DNA of 64,000 nucleotides from Antedon mediterranea (lineage: Eukaryota; Animalia; Echinodermata). The notes beneath the pieces are model-generated. The model was not told the DNA's origin, searched no databases, and worked only from the letters and a program-made list of their open reading frames with translations. The stretch covers positions 176,201 through 240,200 of the forward strand of contig NC_092670.1 in the NCBI RefSeq assembly GCF_964355755.1, read 5' to 3'. A program made the translations under genes and the position numbers. This document shows, one piece after another, positions 39,701 to 50,610 of this stretch (its first letter is position 1; each line of letters opens with the position of its first letter).

Positions 39701-40198
39701 TTGGTATGACACCCCTGTGTTTGGTATGCTACAGTACCTTGGTATGACACCCCTGTGTTTGGTATGACACCCCTGTGTTTGGTATGACACCCCTGTGTTT
39801 GGTATGACACCCCTGTCAGGGAATAATTTCGCCAGTGTAGCATAGCAAAAAGCTATACAAAACAACCTTTTTGCTACAGATATTTTAAATTGTGTAGCAA
39901 AAAATACAATACAAAACTATGTTTCTCGACTCAAAAATCAGTTTGATTAGCAATATTGCTAAACAAAATTTTAAAATGAAATTTTTCCCTGCCTGTGTTT
40001 GGTATGACACCCCTGTGTTTGGTATGACACCCCTGTGTTTGGTATGACACCCCTGTGTTTGGTATGACACCCCTGTGTTTGGTATGACACCCCTGTGTTT
40101 GGTATGACACCCCTGTGTTTGGTATGACACCCCTGTGTTTGGTATGACACCCCTGTGTTTGGTATGACACCCCTGTGTTTGGTATGACACCCCTGTGT
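39701..40198. repeat. 20-bp minisatellite (about 5 + 10 copies) split by a MITE
   Basis: Unit ggtatgacacccctgtgttt. Confidence 0.95.
39817..39991. mobile_element. 175-bp MITE with 5-bp TSD inside a 20-bp minisatellite
   Basis: 14-bp TIRs cagggaataatttc / gaaatttttccctg (1 mismatch). TSD cctgt (39812-39816, 39992-39996), confirmed against the intact repeat unit. Confidence 0.85.
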
Positions 40199-41469
40199 CA
40201 TAACTGTTTAAAGTTCAAAGCTACTACAGTACCTTCGTTTATAATCACTTTTCTTGGATTAGAATGATTTAAACACCTACACTTCCGAAGTTAGGATTTT
40301 CAAGGTTCAATTTTAACAAGGGAATTAAAAATATTGTTTCACTAATTGTAATTTAAAAGCTTAAAAACCAAAAAAAAGTATCACTTTCAACTTTGTCTTG
40401 TCCTTCTAACATTTGTGCAATCACTTGCACCTACTACTGTAGTACCTTTAAAAAGTGATAATCTAATAGACTTACATGTGTAAATGGTACATTTAAAAAA
40501 ACTTAAGACACAAAGTGCCAACAACATTAATCCGCTACAACAAATTAACAAGTTAATATGAGTTAGTGGTTAACAAGATAACATGCACTTTGAATTATTA
40601 ATACAAGTATTTTATTACAATAATTATATTGTTGAAAATTGGCATTAAAAATGTTTTTTAATCAAATTACCGGAATATTTAACATTATCGTTATTACCAT
40701 GTTGGGTGCATGTTCTAAATAAAACTGTTTAGAGGATAACAACAAGTACCCATCAGATCACTGTCAATTACAAGGGTGTATTTGACACATAGCATAGGAA
40801 ATGAGCCTCAAACATTTAACAACTTACTTAGATTTAAACAAAATATATTCTGTTGCACAAACTTATAACATATAAATAATAGATAAACATAATAACTAAA
40901 TTTTAAAGTTGATAAAAAGAAAAAAGGATAATAACAACCAACTTATAATAATAGATAAATATAATAACTAAATTAAGTTATTAAAAAGAATACTTGTTAT
41001 TGCATTAAATGACATTGTTCACAACTTCCTAAACCTGTACAACAAGTATAAACATCTAAAAATCTAAAAATCTGTGATGGCTGAAGGCGTCATGTTTTTC
41101 AAATTAGTGTGACGGATCTTCACATAATTTCATGAATGAACAACTAACATTTTTATCGAAGCCATGAGTGGACAAAGGATGTCGTCGGTCAGAGAATTAA
41201 AATCCCAAATCGATTCAGGGCCAAAAAACATTGAAGATTTTGTTGATATAGATTTAAACCATCACCTCATGTCTTAAATTAAAACTTGTTGCACCCATAA
41301 CGATGTCATACTTGGGGGTCAAATGGTGCGAATGACCCTCCAGCAAACATTAATACAATATATTATTGTGCTCAAATTCAAATAATCTTATATGTTAGCA
41401 AGTACCTAAATTTCTGATTTATTTTTTTTTAATCAATTAACAGAGATGAAATGTTCACTAAAAAGTTTT

Positions 41470-41578
41470 ATATTGCCTGTACCTAGTTTCCCCAGTATAT
41501 TGCCTGTACCTAGTTTCCCCAGTATATTGCCTGTACCTAGTTTCCCCAGTATATTGCCTGTACCTAGTTTCCCCAGTA
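41470..41578. repeat. 27-bp minisatellite x4, left of the Tc2-like element
   Basis: Unit tattgcctgtacctagtttccccagta. Confidence 0.95.
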
Positions 41579-42913
41579 CCGTATATTTCGGTGTACAAGT
41601 CGCACTTTTGACACGCAAATTTGACCTCTAAATTAAGGGTGCGTCTTATACACCGAACATAAATGCCTCACCACACATATTGTACTAGGCCTACTACCTA
41701 GGCAGGCTAGGCTATCGTCACCTCGTTTGCTACTGCTAGGCTAGGCCTAGCTACAGTAACTAACGTAACGGCAACCTGCTTCTGTCTAGTTTTCAAGGCA
41801 TTTTAGCATGATGTTATACTAAATATGATGAAAAGATTTGTTCATTATGGCGCTCCGATAAAATTTCATTTGTAAACGTTTACGTACGATCAAAGAACTT
41901 ATAAACACAAGAATCTCCTGTTCTTCAATTTGCATTCAAAACACAGTATCGGAAGTACGGGGTTAAAAGGTCAAACTGGGCGACGCCATTTCACAGCATG
42001 GAGCAGCGCCCCCTCCAAACTAGGAAGTCAATTACTCTACCCCCCCTAGAGTATTAGCAGATCCCCTCTATGATTTTGACTTTCTAATTTGATGCGGGCG
42101 CCCTAATCCTCAGTCAATTACTCTATCCCCCCTAGAGCATTAGCAGATCCCCTCTATGATTTTGACTTTCTAATTTGATGCGGGCGCCCTACTCCATGGC
42201 TCACAATGGCGCCACCCATAGCTCTATTCTATCCCACAATGCCTTTCGAAATTGTTACGCGCTTCGGACGAACAGGAGATTCTTGTGTTATGAAGTTCTT
42301 TGGTACGATTGGAATAGTATTTATTTATACAGTATTTATACGCACGATCGCCGTACCCCCAGCACAAGCCCTTTCTTGGCGGCCACATGGTGTATTTATA
42401 GTTATACGCACGACCGCCGTACCCCTAGCCTAGCGCAAGCCCTTCTTGGCGGCCACATGGTGTACGGTATTCGACTAGTATATTCTCCAGTTGATTATAG
42501 CATGGACCTAGCGTATACACTTCTCGGATACATAGATACTAATCGAATACGATTGTCCGTGAAAACGTGCGCCCTCTCGAAATGATCGAGCGAGGCTAGC
42601 CCACACACGTACGTGTTACACACACGGTCATGCACTCGATGTTGCGGCGAAACTCATGAATAACAAGTTAGAAAGAACTTGTTGAGGCTGGGCGCGGCCG
42701 AGCCTAGGTATGAAAAAACCTAAATAAAGGACGCCGTTGTAGATATAACAAATGTATTATTACAATAATATTGATTACAATTTAAAAAAACATTGTTTTG
42801 ATGAAAAATAAGGTGCGTCCTATACATCGACGATATACAAAATACCGATATTTTACTCTCAGTTAGGGGGTGCGTCTTATACACAGGTGCGACTTATACA
42901 CCGAAATATACGG
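41579..42913. mobile_element. Non-autonomous Tc2/pogo-like Tc1-mariner element (1335 bp) inside a minisatellite
   Basis: 27-bp TIRs ccgtatatttcggtgtacaagtcgcac / gtgcgacttatacaccgaaatatacgg (1 mismatch) and TA duplication. Subterminal gtgcgtcttatacac repeats and internal direct repeats (about 42026-42192 and 42337-42463). Confidence 0.9.
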
Positions 42914-43778
42914 TATATTGCCTGTACCTAGTTTCCCCAGCAGTATATTGCCTGTACCTAGTTTCCCCAGCAGTATATTGCGTATATTGCCTGTACCTAG
43001 TTTCCCCAGCAGTATATTGCGTATATTGTCTGTACCTAGTTTCCCCAGCAGTATATTGCGTATATTGCCTGTACCTAGTTTCCCCAGCAGTATATTGCGT
43101 ATATTGCCTGTACCTACTTTCCCCAGCAGTATATTGCGTATATTGCCTGTACCTAGTTTCCCCAGCAGTATATTGCGTATATTGCCTGTACCTAGTTTCC
43201 CCAGCAGTATATTGCGTATATTGCCTGTACCTAGTTTCCCCAGCAGTATATTGCGTATATTGCCTGTACCTAGTTTCCCCAGCAGTATATTGCGTATATT
43301 GCCTGTACCTAGTTTCCCCAGCAGTATATTGCGTATATTGCCTGTACCAGTTTCCCCAGCAGTATATTGCGTATATTGCCTGTACCTAGTTTCCCCAGCA
43401 GTATATTGCGTATATTGCCTGTACCTAGTTTCCCCAACAGTATATTGTGTAAATTGCCTGTACCTAGTTTCCCCAGTATATTGCGTATATTGCCTGTACC
43501 TAGTTTCCCCAGCAGTATATTGCCTGTACCTAGTTTCCCCCGCAGTATATTGCGTATATTGCCTGTACCTAGTTTCCCCAGCAGTATATTGCGTATATTG
43601 CCTGTACCTAGTTTCCCCAGTATATTGCGTATATTGCCTGTACCTAGTTTCCCCAGCAGTATATTGCGTATATTTCCTGTACCTACTTTCCCCAGCAGTA
43701 TATTGTGTAAATTGCCTGTACCTAGTTTCCCCAGTAAATTGCCTGTACCTAGTTTCCCCAGCAGTATATTGCGTAAAT
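42914..43778. repeat. 39-bp minisatellite (about 23 units, some shorter), right of the Tc2-like element
   Basis: Unit cagtatattgcgtatattgcctgtacctagtttccccag, an expanded version of the 27-bp unit. Confidence 0.95.
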
Positions 43779-46700
43779 TAGAAAAATGTTCTATATAATT
43801 ATAACATAAAACAGTAAAATACAGTGCAATTTTTATTATTCAATTCAATTTATTTTCATAAGATACATCATTGTGAAATAATATTACAGTGTGTTTTTTT
43901 TTTTAAATTCGAATGCACTTATGCTGGAGAAACATAAAGCCCAGATGACTTTAAGGCTAGTTCCACCAGAAAAAATAATTCAAAAAGTATATATAATAAA
44001 TGTTTCAAAAGTAGTCAATAAATAAATAAATGAAAATAAAATATGAATAAATAAATAACAAGAATAAAGAAAAAATAATAAAAAAATTATTAAAAATAGA
44101 TGTTTAAAATGATGATACAAACCTGCTTGTCAATATAGTTAGCTACTGATTTCAGTAAACTGGCATTTCCAGAGGTTTTCTAGTTCTGTGTTAGTCCAGA
44201 TATAACATGTCTATGTTTCAACATGTGATTGTTAATATAATATGATACAGCATTTTTGTACCTACTGTAGGTCATGATATTTATTAATATTTATATGACA
44301 TCTAGTAATTATTGTCTGTCTTTCCTCTCACCACTTTGAAAATTCTAAAATATCAAATTTACTTCTTACCTTGATTTTTTTCATTTTAGAAACCAAATTG
44401 ACCCACAATTAAAGGTCATTAGTGCGCCTCAAAGTTGTATCATTTTAAATGAATTTTTTTTATTACTGTCAATTAGGTGGTAAATAACATAATTGCTGTT
44501 AAAAGCTTGTGTAAATTTGATTCTCAAAAAAAAAATTAATTATGGTTGATTAAATCTAAAGTTTTATTTTGGCTGTTAGGGTTCATTAACTTTGCACCTA
44601 TTTAACTTTAATCAATTCTGTTTCATTTAAATGTGAAAGAAATTGAAGTACAAAACATGGTGACTTTTAAGTAATAAATCTACCACACCTTTTATAGTTA
44701 TTGAATACCAAAATAAAAGGTAATTCAAGTTGTATAGCTTTTCTTTTCAAATACCAGTTCATTTCAGGTCACAAACTGATGTATAGTTACAGAAGCAGAA
44801 TTTAAAACATTTTAATTAATTAACTTTGTGCTCACTGCTGTTAGAATATTATTGATGACATTTGACATTATATCAGCTAATTTTGACTGATGATCATTGA
44901 CTTTCATTACTCAGCGTATTTACAAAATTGATGAAAATTAATTCTGACTGCTGTTGTATCAGCCTTATCCGATTATTACCGCGGGTCTTTTGTTGTTGAC
45001 TGGACACTCACCTTTGTCACCTCTGCGGCCAATTAGCCAACACCTCACCTGGCCAGAGCATCCTCAGTCTGGCCCTGATTTGAAAACTTCCTTAGGTTTA
45101 ACGAACGGCCTCCGCAACAACCCATACCGTATTATCAAGGTTTATTTTCTGGTCAACAATGACTATTTAGATGCTACAGCATGAGTAAGGCGAATTAAAC
45201 TTGTTGTCATTATAATTGTTAACAGACTTGTGGCTCATCCAAAAGTACCCATTAGTAAGTAAGCCTCACTATATTATGTTTATTCCTCACTTATACTGCA
45301 GGAATTCTGATATAAATTCACTACATTATTATTGTTTATTACAGAATATTGCACATTGATTCAATACATACATCACATACAGTAGTTACTTCATTCATAT
45401 TATATTAATTTAATCATTTGTATTATGCCTAAAGCCCTAAAGCAGAAATATGTAGTAAAATAATTAGATGAAATCTTGTTATTAGCCCACTATGAATGAC
45501 CCCCGTAGGTTTGGCATATACCTTCAATGTGTATTATGTAAAAATATTTTCAAAATATGCTAAATTCCTCATCAATTGAGGATGTCATGATACTGCAGTA
45601 GTAGGTATTTTACTGTTATAAAATTATTAATATTATATGGTGCAATATCTAAACTAGTTAGTAAAAAAGTATATGACCTTGTCCTTATACTGTAAATGTA
45701 TTAAGTAACTGTATTACAGATAATCATGACGTTACTGCAACAAGTATAGACAAATTGATTAGTTCCTAAATCTCATCAACTACAGGTAAGCAACAACAAT
45801 AACCAACCTTAGATAAGAATGATGTTATAAAGAACAGGTGAAAAAAAGTATAATTGTCAACATGCCTATCTGTTATATTGACTAGATAAAAAAGATACAA
45901 GATCTGTATTGGAATTAGGTTAGTTGGTTAGGCTAAAACCCTTACAAGATAGAAGTTCCAGAAGTCTAGAAACCATGCTGGCAACAAGCCACCCCATACT
46001 GCGTGTCAAACCATCGCAGCCGGCTCGTGTTTGCTATCAAGGTGAATTACGAAACCGTTTAATTCCATCCCTAATAGACTACGTAGGAGTCAACTTGGGT
46101 TAGTTGAATGTGATTGCCACACAGTACAAGGAAAACAAAAGAGTACATCTCAATTTGTTCTTCAGTTTTCAGCCACACACAATCAACATTCATTCTAAGT
46201 TTAAAGTAATAAATACAATATGAATCACAAATATTTCAATTACCTGTAGAAATCAAATTGTATTTTTCTTAGCAATTCATTCATTTTTCACCTTATTATT
46301 ATTATTTCAAAATATTTCAGTTCAATATACTGTATGCATGAAATAAAAATATTTCAGGAATAATTATTGTTTTTGTTAAAATCTAAATAACTACGTCAGC
46401 AAAACTAAGTTTTAATGAAAACAAACACTGAATCTAGCATAAAGATAACAATACAGAAACATAATACAAATATTTATATTTTGCATAAACTTTGGTTTAC
46501 ATCTGTCTTTTCACAGTTGACATATAATTTTAAAAATTGCTTTTTAGCTTGGTAATCACTTTTAAAAGAGTTGATGATTCTGTAACAGTTTGGGGCAGAC
46601 TATTGACGCTAAGGTACGGGTAACATTGACTTAACACCCCAATCATCCCTTTGAGATTGCAACGGAAATTCAAAAACTGCTAAATGGGCTCAACAGGAAG

Positions 46701-47918
46701 TTGTTGAGTTGTTCATTATCTGACTTCAAATACCATCAATAAACTAAAATGGTCAAATACAGAAAGAAATTGTAGAGGAGTGAAAAAAGGAAATAGATAT
46801 TGAATGTAATTATAAAATGGTATGATTTATAGTTTTGTTTTTTTTTCGACATTGATAAGACAATTTTAATCATTATGAATCAAAGAGAGTCATGAAATGT
46901 ATAATTTGATTGAAGTTAACAGTTTTTATCTTTTATAAGAATTAGGTTTTTAGAATTTCTTTGTATTGTTGTATTATTAACTTTTCTGTAAACAAAATTA
47001 TACTGAAATTCATAACACATTTTTAATGAATATTTTATCATATTAGTTTAATTTGTTGTTTGATAGAGAATAGGTTGATTTTGTCTTTACTTTCTTTACC
47101 CATGTGACCTTCCTAAGTTATAAATGTTTCCATTACGCTTGACAACAGTTTCTAAGTTGTAACCAATTCTCAACACAATCTTTTGGGATCGGAAAAATAT
47201 GTTTCCTTTGTTTTTCTAATTTCTACTTCCTGTTTTCGTTTCCTTAAAATATTTTTTTACAACATTTAAAATGGAGAACAAACTTCTGTCCAATCGAGAT
47301 TCGCTGCGTCAAACTTGCTTCGTAATGCTTAATTGTTAGGGACAGTTCCACTTTCCCATGGGTAAGATTTAATTATCTTCCAACAGTAAAGGTGGGTCTG
47401 AATATCGTACCTTGACCGAGCATCATGGGATTTCCGTCTCAGTAATTGTGGTGGAAATTTGCCTTGGCAGTTGTCTTGGGCTGTGTGCGTATGTGCGATT
47501 ATAATCAACTATGACAATGCATTTCTTATATTATGACAGGGCTATTTTTATGTGCTACTTTTATAAGCGCCAATAATTAAACAGTTTTTGTTTTTAGCAG
47601 AATATTTTAGTCGCCATACAAATGAATGCTTCAGGCTAAAACACAATTTGTGGTATCTCCGGCAATAATTGAAGAATTAGACAAAATTATCTTGCCAATA
47701 TGCATTTGGGTTTATGTAAATAAAATTAAGATATTAACACAAATTACTTTTGTGTGTTTTTACTGTTTTATTTTTCATTAACACGAATATTTGGGCAATA
47801 ACATGTTAGTCACAATAGAATTACTGTTTGCATGCAGTAACCAATTAGAGCAAGCAAACTAATAATATATTCGCAAACTGTTAGTTCCCAGAAACACCAA
47901 ATACCGTGCCGAACCTAC

Positions 47919-48107
47919 CTGTACACGCTTTTCTGTGGGTTATATCCTGTGTAATATCGCGATAGTATCCCTCCTTGCAATAATGGCAGTAACGTCCCGC
48001 TGTGTTGTGCCGACAATTCAGACACACGCCCCCACTCTTACGTCCTGATAGTTTGTAAAGTTCCATGTTGAAACGACATTTCCGGGCATGAAGGTTACAG
48101 TTACAAG
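47919..48107 (-). CDS. NTN1: Netrin exon encoding laminin-EGF domain 2 (V-2)
   Basis: Acceptor taacttcag and donor gtaggt bound 189 bp, phase 1-1: (A)[62 protein letters not shown], nearly identical to netrin-1/UNC-6 LE2. Confidence 0.97.
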
Positions 48108-50508
48108 CTGAAGTTATACATGAAAAAAAATAATAGTTACGAACTATCACATTACAACAAACAACTTTATAAAATAAACTAAAATAAATTAAAAATGGAA
48201 ATACAGAAATAATAAAATAACATTTTGAAAATGAAATGAAGAAAACAAAAAAAGAATTTAAGAATGTAGTATATAAAAGAAACACAAGATACATTATTAC
48301 CAGTGTAATAATAAGCACAGGTGAAGCAATGGGACAAATCTGACAAATGTTTTAAAACAAAAACATTTTGAAGAACATGTCAACAAAAAGCTCTACTGCA
48401 TTGACTGACTGCATTGATGTTTTTTTGGTTTGAATGTGAATGAATTTCAAACACCCGGCACATTTTACAGAAAGGTGGGTTAGGGTTAGGGTTAGGGTGT
48501 AAACATTGATGATAATGTACTAAGATCATACCATATGCAATACTTAAGTAAATCTACTGAGATATCTGCTAAATGATGTTGATAAAAATGGGTCAATGAT
48601 GTTATACAACATTAGTATAACAGCATAGTGTTTTACATGTATCCATTAATATCTTAAATTCTCATCAGCTTAACAGTTCCACAACGAGAGGTCCAGCATC
48701 TGGTAAGACGCCATACTATGAGATACATCTTATTTTTTAGAAATGTTAGCAGTAACTCTACTTTAATTACATGTTTTTGTCCTTAAAAACGAAGCATGAT
48801 TCTTGTTCATCGTCCTCATGGGAACGCATTAATTTTATATTTTTTACCTGTGCAATCCCCTTCATTTCCTTTACAAAGGTGATAATTGTATACTTTCATT
48901 TTTGCATTGTCTGCTTCAACCAAAGTCTGCTGCCACAAAAACATTTTAGAAAAGTCATGTCTAATTGAGCGTTTCCTGTACGTCAGATAGTTTATTCAGT
49001 AAAGATGCGAAGATACGTTTAGGGAGCATGTTTAATAGTTATTGTATTGCAGTATTAACACATTTTAACTTATGATTGTTACATTATTATAATCTTGCCA
49101 GATTACTGCAGACAACTTTTATTTACTGCAGTAAAATTACCTGACATAATTTTTACAACAATGATTGTCTATGGCATTATTATGCATAGAAAATACAGTT
49201 AACACTATTCACTTAAAAATTAATATCATAAACCTATATGCATTTGGTCCTCACTCCATTATTGCTACTTATTCCATTTTACAATATCAAATAACAATTG
49301 ATTGTAACATTTGAAGGTTGTTGCATTAAAATTGTTAAAAAAAATGAAAGTGATGAAATGAATTGATCAATTTTTTCAAGGATATGATTTTGTTAATGTC
49401 TGAATTCGTCTAATACAGCTTTTATTACTGATTAAAAGCCATTCAAACACGCTAAAGTAATATTAATAATGTCTTCATTATTTTAATAGTGAGGGTGAAA
49501 GGGAGAAGGCCGCAGTAAAATTATGTTAACAATTCAAGATTATAGTTGCCCTTAGTGACGAAAGGGATGTCAAATTAATAAAACATCAAATAATTATCAA
49601 AAATCTTAAAGAAAATTAAAGTAAGGTTTGCTAATACAGCATGTAATTCCTAACAATGAAGGCTTTGAGGATGTTTTGGTTGTTATAAGACTCAATGTCA
49701 ATTATCTCCCTCTGTCATACCTTGGACCTCTCTCTGCCAAGCATAGTGAATTTCTACACCTGTGGGGCAATTTAAGTACAACTTAAAGAGCTCTTAATTA
49801 GCTCCACTTAAATATATGGTATCATTATCTTTAAGGTGAGATAGCTATTATAATACAATAGGTATTATAACATTGTCTATTAGTGACTCCTAAAGCAAAT
49901 CACCTTTGATGAGGTATTAAGATTATTAATTACTAGCTATTAATAAGCCATTACCAAAGCTACCTGTTGATAAGCCAACACAAGGTGTGAAAGATCCACC
50001 ATCCACAGATGTCTTCTTTCTTACATTTGTTTACCATTGTTTACTTTCTTTCTTGACTAAACTAAAGTAAACTTAGCAATGAATATGATGAGAGCCAGGT
50101 GAGGAAACTCATTGTTAAAAGTTTCTTAGCCGATTTCAAGTACCCCTAAAACCTCGCTGTTGTATCAGTCTCAGACAATTGCGCTGTTCCCCTATGCTTA
50201 TGACTCTTAAGTTTCAAGTAGCTTGCTGGTATGTTTGCCTGGCTTATCTAAAGAGCTTCGTCAAAGATTGAATTGAATGATTGAGTAGTCTTCACATTTT
50301 TCAATTTTGGCTTATTAAATGATTATTTCTGTAACTAATATGCGAAAGGATTGATAAATGTTATGGTTAGGGTTAGGGGGTTAGGATTGATAAATGTTAC
50401 GGACAAAGATGATGGTTTTGAGTTTGCATTCACATTAATAAATTGACTGTTATCAAGTTTTATCAAAGAGAGGTTAGGTTTTTGTTTGTAAGAACAGAAG
50501 ACATCTTA

Positions 50509-50610
50509 GGCTCTGTTTACACTATCAAATTTTATGTGAACAAATGTGATGTGCCCATATATGGACATGATGATGTCATATCACTGCCATATTTGGGAAT
50601 ATCACTACCC
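50509..50610. mobile_element. Truncated copy of the same Harbinger-like MITE
   Basis: TTA followed by ggctctgtttacactatcaaa...atgatgatgtcatatcact. The right TIR is missing. Confidence 0.75.

Noticed and set aside
39613-40201. ORFs with SYQTQGCHTKHRGVIPNTGV repeats
   Set aside because: They are translations of the 20-bp minisatellite.
42870-43798. 303-aa and 143-aa ORFs (ILRILPVPSFPSS repeats)
   Set aside because: They read through the 39-bp minisatellite, shift frame at a 1-bp deletion and start inside a transposon end.
47881-48318. Full 145-aa ORF with a hydrophobic N-terminus resembling a signal or membrane segment
   Set aside because: Only 47919-48107 is exon. The hydrophobic part is translated T-rich intron. 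The same applies to the N-termini of ORFs 35027-35275 and 25280-25648.
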